DNA of 64,000 bases from Patescibacteria group bacterium (GCA_028710985.1 JAQTTB010000001.1:231397-295396); one strand, 5' to 3'. Positions 45,584 to 54,445 are shown, counted from the first letter of the stretch. A program made the numbers and translations. Notes: generated by a model not told the origin, from the sequence alone.

Positions 45584-45689
45584 ACCCACCACAAAAACCT
45601 ACCTCGCCCCGACCACTGCTCTGCATTGGCCGGGGTTCTTCATATATTACGGTAAGAGATCCCTCGCCCCCGCACTGCGGGGGACTCGG

Positions 45690-45727
45690 GATGAAATCAG
45701 GCGTCGTTGCGCCTGATTTCATTTTAC
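45690..45727 (+). terminator. rho-independent terminator
   Basis: gatGAAATCAGGCGtcgttgCGCCTGATTTCatttt. It is preceded by a cccccgcactgcggggg hairpin. Confidence 0.6.
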
Positions 45728-45789
45728 GACACTTTTGAATTTTTGACTAGAAACGAATATATGATACTATCAAATTAGAGGAGGACACC

Positions 45790-46134
45790 ATGGACCCAAA
45801 CAACGATGCGTGGAAATACGGCCTGTTCTTTTGGGGCGGGCTCTTTGTCCTGATTGCCGCAAGCACGTTCATTCGGTCGCCCGGTCCGGATAATGGCGCA
45901 AGGGCGTGCGTCGCGAATCAAGATACCCTGGTCTTTACCATGCAGATGGACGTATCAGACGCCATCATCTACACGCCGCGCGCCATTCGTGTCGGCAGCA
46001 AGGGCAATATGTTCGAACGCCTCACCTCAATCAAGGCCGGGCCAAACGGCACTTGGCTTGCCACCTTTCACAACACCCTCACCGGCCGCACCGGTACCAA
46101 GATCCTTCCAGCCTGTCCCAAGGACAACAAGTAG
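45790..46134 (+). CDS. hypothetical protein with an N-terminal TM/signal segment
   Basis: A strong RBS (GAGGAGG) and a 114-aa ORF. Confidence 0.45.
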   Translation: MDPNNDAWKYGLFFWGGLFVLIAASTFIRSPGPDNGARACVANQDTLVFTMQMDVSDAIIYTPRAIRVGSKGNMFERLTSIKAGPNGTWLATFHNTLTGRTGTKILPACPKDNK

Positions 46135-46151
46135 CCCCCCCCCCTCCGCTC

Positions 46152-46186
46152 GCGCCCGATCTCTGATCCGGCGCTTTTTTATTTTT
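46152..46186 (+). terminator. rho-independent terminator
   Basis: GCGCCCGATCtctGATCCGGCGCttttttattttt. Confidence 0.55.
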
Positions 46187-46359
46187 CAAGCCCTATCATT
46201 TGACAAACCCGAGCCTATTTGATACACTCTCATCAATTCCCTTAACAATTAATGCGCTTAGGGCGGCCTCGGCTCCCCTTTGTCGTGCAGCGAGCTGGTT
46301 TAGAAGCTTCACAAAACCCAAAATTTTTGGGGCCCATAAACCGGCTCGAGAAAATAAAT

Positions 46360-46620
46360 ATGCTTGATAAAAAGAAAAAAGAGAAAATCATTGAGAAATT
46401 TAAAACTCATGAGACCGACACCGGTTCTCCGCAGGTGCAAATCGCCATCCTCACCGAGGAAATCAGCGAGCTCACCGAGCATCTCCGGGACCATAAGAAG
46501 GATTTTTCTTCCCGCCGCGGCCTGATCCGCAAGGTCGGCGAGCGCCGGAGACTTCTCAAATATCTTCACCGCGAAGACCCGAAAGCATACGAAAAATTAG
46601 CTGAAGCGTTAAAAATATAG
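46360..46620 (+). CDS. rpsO: 30S ribosomal protein S15
   Basis: [49 protein letters not shown]. The start is at the internal ATG, MLDKKKK. Confidence 0.9.
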   Translation: MLDKKKKEKIIEKFKTHETDTGSPQVQIAILTEEISELTEHLRDHKKDFSSRRGLIRKVGERRRLLKYLHREDPKAYEKLAEALKI

Positions 46621-46621
46621 T

Positions 46622-46652
46622 AAAGGCCCCGAATTGTCGGGGCTTTTGTTTT
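46622..46652 (+). terminator. rho-independent terminator after rpsO
   Basis: aaaGGCCCCGaattgtCGGGGCttttgtttt. Confidence 0.75.
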
Positions 46653-46668
46653 AGATAATAAACTATCG

Positions 46669-46747
46669 GTGAATCAGTTAATCAGTGAATCGGGCAAAAC
46701 GCCTTAATATAAACCTGATTAACCGATTACCTGATTCACTGATTAAC
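46669..46747. repeat. imperfect inverted repeat of TGAATC/GATTCA units (ggtgaatcagttaatcagtgaatcgg ... ccgattacctgattcactgattaac) upstream of the NYN gene
   Basis: The arms share the 15-nt core GTTAATCAGTGAATC in inverted orientation, about 30 nt apart. Confidence 0.55.
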
Positions 46748-46756
46748 ATTAAACAT

Positions 46757-47347
46757 ATGATTATACGACCAGATCAGCGAATCGGCGTTTTCATTGATGT
46801 GCAGAATCTTTATTACTCGGCGCGCAATCTTTTCGGCGCCAAAGTGAATTTTGGAAATATCGTTACCACCGCGGTCGGCGGACGCAAACTCATCCGGGCA
46901 ATCGCCTATGTGGTGAGCACGCCGTCCGGCGAAGAAAAACCATTCTTTGAAGCCTTATATCATCTGGGCATTGAAACCCGCGAAAAAGAATTGCAGGAAT
47001 TTTTCGGCGGCGCGAAAAAAGCCGACTGGGATGTCGGCCTCGCGGTTGACGCCATCCGCATCGCCGAACTTCTTGACGTCGTGGTGCTGGTTTCCGGCGA
47101 CGGCGATTACTGCCCGCTCGTGGAATATCTCAAGGGCCGCGGCCGCCAGGTTGAAATCGCGGCTTTCGGCGAAACAACTTCATCCCGCCTCAAAGAAATG
47201 GCCGACGAATTCATTGACTTGAGCAAAGACCCCGGCAACTTCCTGATCCGCCCGAAATCCGCAAATCGTCGCAATCAAAATCCAAAATCCAAAACCTGCC
47301 TGCCGGCAGGCAAGGTCCAAAATCCAAAATTTAATAATAAATATTAA
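46757..47347 (+). CDS. NYN-domain (LabA/DUF88-like, PIN-related) protein
   Basis: RIGVFIDVQNLYYSAR...VVLVSGDGDYCPLVEYL carries the GDGDY signature. The start is set at MIIRPDQ. The C-terminal tail reads through the CCTGCC palindrome. Confidence 0.75.
   Translation: MIIRPDQRIGVFIDVQNLYYSARNLFGAKVNFGNIVTTAVGGRKLIRAIAYVVSTPSGEEKPFFEALYHLGIETREKELQEFFGGAKKADWDVGLAVDAIRIAELLDVVVLVSGDGDYCPLVEYLKGRGRQVEIAAFGETTSSRLKEMADEFIDLSKDPGNFLIRPKSANRRNQNPKSKTCLPAGKVQNPKFNNKY
47295..47315. repeat. variant copy of the 20-bp palindrome (CCTGCCTGCCGGCAGGCAAGG), flanked by direct repeats TCCAAAATCCAAAA
   Basis: The 14-bp direct repeats lie at 47281-47294 and 47316-47329. Confidence 0.8.
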
Positions 47348-47350
47348 TCT

Positions 47351-49612
47351 ATGTCGCAAAAGTTCAACATCGATTGGGCCGGACACAATATGGAAATTGA
47401 GATCGGCCGATTAGCAGGACAAGCCAACGGCAGCTGCACCGTGCGCTACGGCGACGCGGTCGTGCTCGGCACCGCCGTCATGGCGCATCAGCCGCGCGAG
47501 GGCATTGATTTTTTGCCCCTCACGGTTGAATACGAAGAACGCCTTTATGCCGCCGGCAAAATCAAAGGCTCGCGCTTCATCAAGCGCGAAGGCCGTCCGT
47601 CCGACGAGGCGGTTCTCACCGGCCGTTTTATTGACCGCGCCATCCGGCCGCTTTTTGATAAAAAAATACGCAATGAAATCCAGGTCATCGTGACCGTGCT
47701 TTCGGTTGACGGAGAGAACGACCCTGATGTCCCGGCCATGGTTGCCGCCTCCACCGCGCTCATGATTTCCGACATTCCCTGGAATGGTCCGGTTGCCTTT
47801 ATCCGCGTCGGACAGATTGAAGGCGAATGGGTTTTGAACCCGACCTACGAAGCGCGCGAAAAAAGCCTTCTGGATCTCGCCGTCGCCGGCACGCCGGAGC
47901 GGGTCATCATGCTTGAGGCCGGCGCCAATCAGGTTGACGAAGAAACCGCGATTAAGGCTATTGAATTCGGGCAGAAGCATCTTAAAGACGTCATCGGCCT
48001 GATTTCCAAAGTCGCCGAAGCCGTGGGCAAACCGAAAATTAAAATTTCCCAAGAGCCGGAAGACGAAGAAGCCCGGCTCGCCCTTGAAGAACAGAAAAAA
48101 ATCATCAGCTTAGCTGAAGAATTTCTGAAAGAAAAAATTCAAACCGCGCTGTTTGATATTCCAAAAGCAAGTAAAGTCGAGCGCAAAGAATCCATAAAAA
48201 TTCTTGAGGATGAGCTGGACGAGCATCTCAAGGCCCAGCAAATCGGCAAAGACAAGAGAAAAATCGGACTCGCGCATGTGTACGAATTCGTGGAACAAGA
48301 AGTGTCGCGCGCCATTCTGGAGCAGGAAAAACGCGTTGACGGCCGCACGCTCACTGAAATCCGACCGCTTTCCGCCGAAGTCTCCATTCTGCCGCGCACT
48401 CATGGCTCGGCGCTTTTCCAGCGCGGCGCGACCCAGTCGCTTTCGGTTGTCACTCTCGGCGCTCCGGGCGATGAACAAACCCTTGAAGGCATGGAAATAA
48501 ACGGAAAAAAACACTACATGCACCATTATAATTTTCCGCCCTATTGCGTCGGTGAAACCGGCCGCATGGGTTCGCCGGGTCGCCGCGAAATCGGCCATGG
48601 CGCACTCGCGGAAAAAGCCCTGGTGCCGGTTCTGCCGACCCGCGAAGAATTTCCTTACACCATCCGCGTGGTCTCCGAAACCCTTTCATCCAACGGCTCG
48701 AGCTCCATGGCCGCGACCTGCGGCTCAACGCTCGCTTTGATGGACGCCGGCGTTCCGCTTAAAGAACCCGTCGCCGGAATCGCCATGGGCCTTGCGGCAA
48801 ACGAAAACGGAGACTTTAAAATCCTTACCGATCTTCAGGACCTGGAAGATTCGCCCGGCGGCATGGACTTTAAAATCGCCGGCACGCGTAACGGCATCAC
48901 CGCAATTCAGATGGATACCAAGACCAAAGGCTTGTCACCCGACATTATCCGTAAGACAATCACGCAGGCCCGCGACGCCCGCCTCAAGATTCTTGATGTC
49001 ATGCTTGCCGCCATTCCCGAACCGCGTAAAGAGCTCTCGCCGTTTGCGCCGCGCATTATCACAATCCATATCAACCCGGATAAAATCCGCGACGTCATCG
49101 GTCCGGGCGGAAAAATCATCAATGAAATCATTGACAAAACCGGCGTCCAGATTGATATTGAACAGGACGGCTCGGTATTTATCACCTCGGCCGACGAAGA
49201 CGGCGCCAGGCGCGCGATTGAATGGATTGAAGGCCTCACCGCCGAACCGGAAATCGGCAAAACCTACAAAGGCAAAGTCGTGCGCCTGCTTGATTTCGGC
49301 GCCTTTGTCCAGTTTATGCCCAACACCGACGGCTTGATTCATGTTTCTGAACTCGCGCCGTGGCGCGTAGAACGGGTCACCGACGTAGTGAACATCGGCG
49401 ACGAAGTAACAGTAAAAGTAATTGAAATCGATGACCAGGGACGCGTGAATCTTTCGCTCCGCCAGGCTGAGGGCTATACTGCTCCGCCCAAACCCGAAGG
49501 CGCGATCGATCACCCAACCGGCGGATTCTCCCACCGCAGTGACCGACCGGATCGCGGCAGTCGTGACCGCAACGGACGAAGCGGCGGACGCGGCTTCTTC
49601 AAGCGAAGATAA
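47351..49612 (+). CDS. pnp: polynucleotide phosphorylase / polyadenylase
   Basis: There are two RNase PH domains (GSSSMAATCGSTLALMDAGVP), KH and S1 domains (GKVVRLLDFGAFVQF), and a C-terminal Arg/Gly-rich tail. Confidence 0.92.
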   Translation: MSQKFNIDWAGHNMEIEIGRLAGQANGSCTVRYGDAVVLGTAVMAHQPREGIDFLPLTVEYEERLYAAGKIKGSRFIKREGRPSDEAVLTGRFIDRAIRPLFDKKIRNEIQVIVTVLSVDGENDPDVPAMVAASTALMISDIPWNGPVAFIRVGQIEGEWVLNPTYEAREKSLLDLAVAGTPERVIMLEAGANQVDEETAIKAIEFGQKHLKDVIGLISKVAEAVGKPKIKISQEPEDEEARLALEEQKKIISLAEEFLKEKIQTALFDIPKASKVERKESIKILEDELDEHLKAQQIGKDKRKIGLAHVYEFVEQEVSRAILEQEKRVDGRTLTEIRPLSAEVSILPRTHGSALFQRGATQSLSVVTLGAPGDEQTLEGMEINGKKHYMHHYNFPPYCVGETGRMGSPGRREIGHGALAEKALVPVLPTREEFPYTIRVVSETLSSNGSSSMAATCGSTLALMDAGVPLKEPVAGIAMGLAANENGDFKILTDLQDLEDSPGGMDFKIAGTRNGITAIQMDTKTKGLSPDIIRKTITQARDARLKILDVMLAAIPEPRKELSPFAPRIITIHINPDKIRDVIGPGGKIINEIIDKTGVQIDIEQDGSVFITSADEDGARRAIEWIEGLTAEPEIGKTYKGKVVRLLDFGAFVQFMPNTDGLIHVSELAPWRVERVTDVVNIGDEVTVKVIEIDDQGRVNLSLRQAEGYTAPPKPEGAIDHPTGGFSHRSDRPDRGSRDRNGRSGGRGFFKRR

Positions 49613-49623
49613 GCATTCCCAAA

Positions 49624-51006
49624 ATGCAAAAATTAAAAAACTCCCTCTTGCTTGCCATTGGATATTTGAAAAACAAAAATCCGAGGCATCAATTTGCCGT
49701 AGGGAGTTTTTTAATTATCGCCCTGATCGGAATACTGAGCATCCGCGCGCTTGCGCCCGGCGACCGGCTCATTGACTGGGTTCCGCCTAATTCTGAAATA
49801 TATTTGCATCTCCGCCTCCCGGCCGCCGAAAAAATTCTTAACAAAATCGGCTCCCTTGAACCGTTCGGTGATAATGGAATTTCTCTCAGCCGAGTTATTC
49901 CGCCGAATGCCGAGCAAATTGGCATCTTCCAAAATAGCAACCGCGTCGGAGTTCTGATTTTCTCCAAAAATAATCCACCAGCCGTTGAAAATTTATTGAT
50001 TAAAAAAATTGACGAAAATATTTTCATTATTTCATCCGTCGATTTCGGTGAATTTACAAAAAACGAAAATCAAAACCTCGCGCGCCGCAATAACGCTCCC
50101 GAAGAGCCGCTCATGAATCCGGGGTATATTTTTCTGAATCAGCCCTCTCTTCCGAGCTACGTTCCCCTGGCCGACGGCTGGAGCGATTATTCCGAAATAG
50201 CCACTCAGCCGTCTGCTTGGTCGCTCGACCTAAAATCAGATGCCATTATCTGGAAGAATCTGACCTCGCCCGTGATCACGCCAACCGTTGGACTCAAAAC
50301 CTCCGCCCTGCCGCAGAATGCCATATTCTGGACCCACGGCGATAGCTGGCAAAAATCCTGGCAGGAAAGCCTTTCGGCAATCCCCTCGGGCAAAAACTCG
50401 CTTACCGCGGCCGCCACGGCGCTCAAGCGCGAATTTGAAAACATCAACCAGCCCGACGAAACATTCCAGCCGCTCCTTGCCGCGGCTTTTGATCTTTTCA
50501 TCGTACAAAAAGAAGATTATTCATTTATATTAAAATTGGAAAAATCCACGGATGAGAATCCGCTCTGGCGTAATAATTTTGAGAAATACTGGATGGACTA
50601 TTTAAGCGAATCCGCGCCTGAGCGCATCGCACGCCGCCTGCCTGACGGAAGTACTGCCGCCGAAATCGTGAAAAACTCTTCTCTCACCTGGAAAGAACAG
50701 CGTATGGACGATGAGAGTCTGCGCTGGATCGAGAACAAAGACCACGATTTTCTGCTTGGATACTTTGAAACCCCGGATAGCGTAATTTTAAGCAATAACT
50801 ACGGTAATCTGATCGATTTTCTCTATGCCAAAGACATGGCCGGCTGGACCAACCTCCCGGCGCTTGCCGAACGGTGCAATTTTAACCAAAATCAACTAGC
50901 TTCCCTGTTTTCTCCTCGGGAAGATATAGCTAATTTTAGCGAATTTTTCCCACTTTTCGGCCCCTGGCTCGTCAATGCCTCGGGTGACCTCTGCCATTTT
51001 GAGTAA
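49624..51006 (+). CDS. hypothetical protein with an N-terminal TM anchor
   Basis: A 460-aa ORF with no recognisable domain. Confidence 0.5.
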   Translation: MQKLKNSLLLAIGYLKNKNPRHQFAVGSFLIIALIGILSIRALAPGDRLIDWVPPNSEIYLHLRLPAAEKILNKIGSLEPFGDNGISLSRVIPPNAEQIGIFQNSNRVGVLIFSKNNPPAVENLLIKKIDENIFIISSVDFGEFTKNENQNLARRNNAPEEPLMNPGYIFLNQPSLPSYVPLADGWSDYSEIATQPSAWSLDLKSDAIIWKNLTSPVITPTVGLKTSALPQNAIFWTHGDSWQKSWQESLSAIPSGKNSLTAAATALKREFENINQPDETFQPLLAAAFDLFIVQKEDYSFILKLEKSTDENPLWRNNFEKYWMDYLSESAPERIARRLPDGSTAAEIVKNSSLTWKEQRMDDESLRWIENKDHDFLLGYFETPDSVILSNNYGNLIDFLYAKDMAGWTNLPALAERCNFNQNQLASLFSPREDIANFSEFFPLFGPWLVNASGDLCHFE

Positions 51007-51149
51007 TCCAAAGGCAAAACAACTTTTTTTCGCTAAAAATATAGGCGCAGTGGATAACTCTGTGTATATAAACAGGCTTATCCACACCCCCAGGATTTTG
51101 CCAAAACCCTGACAACGCAAAAATGCCATTTTTTGGCTAAGTTAAGCGC

Positions 51150-51178
51150 TTGACAACTGAACAAAAATGTGATACAAT
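51150..51178 (+). promoter_or_regulatory. consensus sigma70 promoter (TTGACA-17-TACAAT) with no ORF downstream for ~430 bp
   Basis: TTGACAactgaacaaaaatgtgaTACAAT. Confidence 0.55.
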
Positions 51179-51184
51179 AATAGT

Positions 51185-51525
51185 ACAGAATAGTACTTTA
51201 CCATCTATCCCTGGAGGTAAATCTGTCTCGAGACAGGATAGTCTCCTCTCTATAGCTGATCTATAACGCACAATAAAACAAAAATAAAAGAAGCCTTTCG
51301 TGGTAACCCTGGGGTATTTCCGGGGCAATGCCTCTAGATCGGCAATAGAGTTCTTTCTAGACGTCGGTTGATTATCCTCCGTCGGGAGTCGGTTTTTGGC
51401 GCCAATGCCTGTTTGCGCTAAAAAGTGGCTCCCGAACCGGAGGTATATCGTCGTCTCCGGAGCATGGAGCCACTACAAATCATTCAACATTGATAATAGG
51501 GCCTCACCATGCTCCGTTTTATTTT
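51185..51525 (+). ncRNA. candidate structured non-coding RNA of unknown class (~340 nt, promoter-to-terminator unit, no ORF on this strand)
   Basis: It is bounded by the promoter at 51150-51178 and a 3' hairpin (GGAGCATGG...CCATGCTCC) plus gTTTTaTTTT at 51459-51525. Several internal hairpins are visible (tatagCTGATctata, ccggagGTATATCGTCGTctccgg, ctctaGATCGGCAAtagag). Confidence 0.4.
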
Positions 51526-51612
51526 GCCAAAATTACCAAAAAAAGCCTCATCCCGTGCCTTGACTAATCAAACCCGGGCTTGTATAATTTCCTGTATAAT
51601 ATAAATTAGAAT

Positions 51613-51984
51613 ATGGACCAGGAATTTATAAAACAAATCAAGAAAAACCTTGAAACCGAGCGCACCCGTCTCGAAGAAGAGCTCAAGGAATTCACCACCA
51701 AGAACAAGCACAATCCCGAGGATTATAACGCTGAATTTCCCCAGCTCGGCGACAAGGAAGATGAAAACGCGAACGAAGTCGCTCTATACAGCGATAATTT
51801 GACGCTGGAACGCACTTTGGAAAAGTCGCTCCGCGACGTTGTTAAGTCCCTGGAACGCATTGAAAAGGGCGAATACGGCATCTGCAAATACTGCGGCAAG
51901 GAAATATCTAAAGAGCGGCTGCTCGCCCGGCCGACTTCTAGCGCATGCATCGAATGCAAAAAAGTCCTGACCCAAGAACTCTAA
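51613..51984 (+). CDS. DksA/TraR-family C4-type zinc-finger protein
   Basis: An N-terminal coiled coil is followed by CKYCGKEISKERLLARPTSSACIECK, which supplies the four Cys. Confidence 0.7.
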   Translation: MDQEFIKQIKKNLETERTRLEEELKEFTTKNKHNPEDYNAEFPQLGDKEDENANEVALYSDNLTLERTLEKSLRDVVKSLERIEKGEYGICKYCGKEISKERLLARPTSSACIECKKVLTQEL

Positions 51985-52466
51985 GGCTAATCTATGCCGC
52001 TTTCCTTGGTCTGGGTTTTTTGCTCGATCGGGCATTAAAATATCTGGCAATGCGAGGGCTCCCACAAGAGGAGCTTTTTATTATCCCAAAAATCTTGAGC
52101 TTTACTCTTTATGAAAACCGCGGCATGGCATTCGGCATCGCGGTGCCACATCTGCCGCTCGTCGCCACCGGCGCCGTACTTCTCGTCCTTCTCTTTGCCA
52201 TGATTATTTATTCTGTAAAAATGAACCGCTCGATCTGGCTCTACGCTTCGTGCGCCATCTTCGCTGGCGGCTTAAGCAACTTCATTGACCGCGCTCTCTG
52301 TGACGCGACTATTGACTATCTCTACCTCCGGCCGTACTCTTTTATCAATATCGCAGATATAATGATCGTGGGCGGCTGCCTCATTTCTATTGCCGCCTGC
52401 CCGCCAGGCCTTGCCAGGCATGGCAGGCGGGCTCTGCATAATGGCAAAAAATTACATGTCCAATAA
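51945..52466 (+). CDS. lspA: lipoprotein signal peptidase II
   Basis: ENRGMAFGI and FINIADIMIVGG match the LspA conserved boxes. The start is uncertain (a non-ATG start is possible). The C-terminal end reads through a GC palindrome. Confidence 0.6.
   Translation: MHRMQKSPDPRTLRLIYAAFLGLGFLLDRALKYLAMRGLPQEELFIIPKILSFTLYENRGMAFGIAVPHLPLVATGAVLLVLLFAMIIYSVKMNRSIWLYASCAIFAGGLSNFIDRALCDATIDYLYLRPYSFINIADIMIVGGCLISIAACPPGLARHGRRALHNGKKLHVQ
52397..52432. repeat. GC-rich near-palindrome CCTGCCCGCCAGG...CATGGCAGGCGGG, related to the tRNA-Arg flank motifs and to the CCTGCC palindrome family
   Basis: CCTGCCCGCCAG also occurs 3x in the tRNA-Arg repeat units. CATGGCAGGCGGG also occurs at 42700-42712. 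Confidence 0.65.
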
Positions 52467-53979
52467 AATTTACTCCATGGCCGTCATCGGCCTGGAATCC
52501 GAACCCGTTGAAGTTGAAGCCGACACCTCGCAAGGCATTCATTTTTTAATTGTCGGCCTGCCGGATACCGCGGTTCAGGAATCGAAAGAGCGCGTGCGCT
52601 CGGCCATCAAAAATTCTGGATTTGAATTTCCGCGCGGCAAGGTCGTGGTTAATCTCGCGCCCGCAGACATCAAAAAACAAGGCCCGAGCTTTGATCTTCC
52701 GATCGCCGTGAGCATTCTTAAAAAAACCGGCCAGATTCCCGATACCTTTGCCGAATCGCCCAAGGAGATCTTCGCCGGAGAACTTTCTCTTGAAGGTGGC
52801 CTTCGCCCCATCACCGGCGTGCTCGCCATGGCAATTTCCGCCAAGGCGCTCGGCGCCGAATCTTTTTATGTGCCCGCGGCCAATGCCGCCGAGGCGGCGC
52901 TCGTGCCCGGCCCAAAAATTTTTGCCGTGGAAAATCTTGAACAACTCGCGCGCCACCTGCGCGGCGAACAGATTATTGAACCTTATGAAAAAACTTTTAA
53001 TTCCCTGCCGCCGCCGAGCGCGGAAACGGCTTATGACTTTGCCTACGTCAAAGGGCAAGAGCATGTAAAGCGCGCTCTAGAAATCGCCGCCGCCGGAGCG
53101 CACAATGTTCTCATGTCCGGTCCGCCCGGCTCGGGTAAAACGCTCCTCGCGCGCGCCCTGCCGAGCATCCTGCCCGACCTCACGATTGAGGAAGCCCTGG
53201 AAATTACCAAAATCTACAGCGTTGCCGGCCAGCTCCCCACCGATAAACCAATCATTTCCGAGCGTCCGTTCCGCTCGCCGCACCATACCGCGAGCGGCGT
53301 CTCCCTCGTGGGCGGCGGCGCCTGGCCCAAGCCCGGCGAGGTGAGCCTTGCCCACCGCGGCGTTCTTTTCCTGGATGAATTTCCGGAATTTACGCGCCAG
53401 GTTCTGGAAAATCTACGCCAGCCCCTGGAAGACGGCTCAATCACCGTTTCGCGCGCCGCCGGCACTCTCCAGTTTCCGGCAAAATTCATGCTCGTGGCCG
53501 CGCGCAATCCCTGCCCCTGCGGCTATGCGAGCGACCCACTGACCGCCTGCTCCTGCAGTCCGATCAACATCATAAATTATAATAAAAAAATATCCGGCCC
53601 ATTGCTTGATCGCATCGATCTTCATGTCGACGTGCCGAAAATTAAATTTGAAAAATTGGAAACCGACACTCTCTCCGAACCGTCATCGATAATCAAAGCG
53701 CGCGTACAGGCCGCTCGCGACATCCAGGCCAAGCGCTTCCGCGGACTGAATATCCTGACCAACGCGGAAATGAACAACCAAATGATAAAATCATTCTGCC
53801 AATTGGATCAAGAATCGCGCGAGCTCATGCGCCAGGCGGTTGAACAAATTCATCTTTCGGCACGCGGTTATTTCCGCATGCTAAAAATCAGCCGCACTAT
53901 CGCCGACCTCGAAGCCGCGGAAGCAATCACAAGCCGCCACGTCGCCGAAGCGTTGCAATATAGACCAAGAGTTGAATAG
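52441..53979 (+). CDS. comM: Mg-chelatase-like AAA+ ATPase YifB/ComM
   Basis: AVIGLESEPVEVEADTSQGIHFLIVGLPD is the N-terminal Lon-like domain. GPPGSGKT is the Walker A and VLFLDEFPEF the Walker B. There is a C-terminal Mg-chelatase domain. An alternative start lies at 52456. Confidence 0.85.
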   Translation: MAKNYMSNKIYSMAVIGLESEPVEVEADTSQGIHFLIVGLPDTAVQESKERVRSAIKNSGFEFPRGKVVVNLAPADIKKQGPSFDLPIAVSILKKTGQIPDTFAESPKEIFAGELSLEGGLRPITGVLAMAISAKALGAESFYVPAANAAEAALVPGPKIFAVENLEQLARHLRGEQIIEPYEKTFNSLPPPSAETAYDFAYVKGQEHVKRALEIAAAGAHNVLMSGPPGSGKTLLARALPSILPDLTIEEALEITKIYSVAGQLPTDKPIISERPFRSPHHTASGVSLVGGGAWPKPGEVSLAHRGVLFLDEFPEFTRQVLENLRQPLEDGSITVSRAAGTLQFPAKFMLVAARNPCPCGYASDPLTACSCSPINIINYNKKISGPLLDRIDLHVDVPKIKFEKLETDTLSEPSSIIKARVQAARDIQAKRFRGLNILTNAEMNNQMIKSFCQLDQESRELMRQAVEQIHLSARGYFRMLKISRTIADLEAAEAITSRHVAEALQYRPRVE

Positions 53980-53999
53980 GTGTTAGGTTTTAGGTATCA

Positions 54000-54039
54000 G
54001 GTATTAGGTACTTGGTATAAAATCGTAAAATTTTTATTA
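54000..54039. repeat. left arm of an imperfect ~35-bp inverted repeat flanking the four-helix-bundle gene
   Basis: ggtgttaggttttaggtatcaggtattaggtacttggtat. Confidence 0.6.
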
Positions 54040-54428
54040 TGGAGGAAAATAAAATAGTATCATATAAAGATCTGATTATTTGGCAAAAATCGATTGAACT
54101 AGTCGTTGAGATATATAAAATAACCGCCAGTTTTCCCAAAAATGAAACTTTTGGGCTCGTATCGCAAATGCGCAGAAACGCGGTTTCTATTCCTTCCAAT
54201 ATTGCCGAGGGACGCAGCCGCGGAACAAGAAAAGACTTTCGTCAATTTTTAATAATTGCATACGGATCAGCCGCTGAGATGGAAACGCAAATTATTATTG
54301 TAAAAAAATTAGCTTTTGGAAAGGAAATAAATTTCGAGCATTCGGAAAAACTTCTAAATGAGATCGTCAGAATGCTAAATCGGGCAATCCACACCCTCAA
54401 AACCCAATACCTAGTACCTAAAACCTAG
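54039..54428 (+). CDS. four-helix-bundle protein (TIGR02436 / 23S rRNA intervening-sequence protein family)
   Basis: YKDLIIWQKSIELVVEIYKITASFPKNETFGLVSQMRRNAVSIPSNIAEG is the characteristic N-terminal helix pair. Confidence 0.7.
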   Translation: MEENKIVSYKDLIIWQKSIELVVEIYKITASFPKNETFGLVSQMRRNAVSIPSNIAEGRSRGTRKDFRQFLIIAYGSAAEMETQIIIVKKLAFGKEINFEHSEKLLNEIVRMLNRAIHTLKTQYLVPKT

Positions 54429-54437
54429 CACCTAACC
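54404..54437. repeat. right arm of the inverted repeat (reverse complement ggttaggtgctaggttttaggtactaggtattgggt)
   Basis: It shares AGGTTTTAGGTA and TAGGTATTGG-like blocks with the left arm. Confidence 0.6.
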
Positions 54438-54445
54438 CGCCCCGT

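Noticed and set aside
46685-46756. The N-terminal extension of the NYN ORF (MNRAKRLNINLINRLPDSLINIKH)
   Set aside because: This segment is encoded by the TGAATC inverted-repeat element. The protein homology (RIGVFIDVQN) begins at the internal ATG at 46757.
51185-51525. Identification of the ORF-free transcript as tmRNA, RNase P RNA, SRP RNA or 6S RNA
   Set aside because: None of the expected signatures is present: no tRNA-like T-loop GGTTCGAATCC/ACCA end, no tag-peptide frame ending in hydrophobic residues before a stop, no CR-I GGAAAGTCCGG, and no SRP GGAAGCAGCC-like motif. It is left as unclassified.
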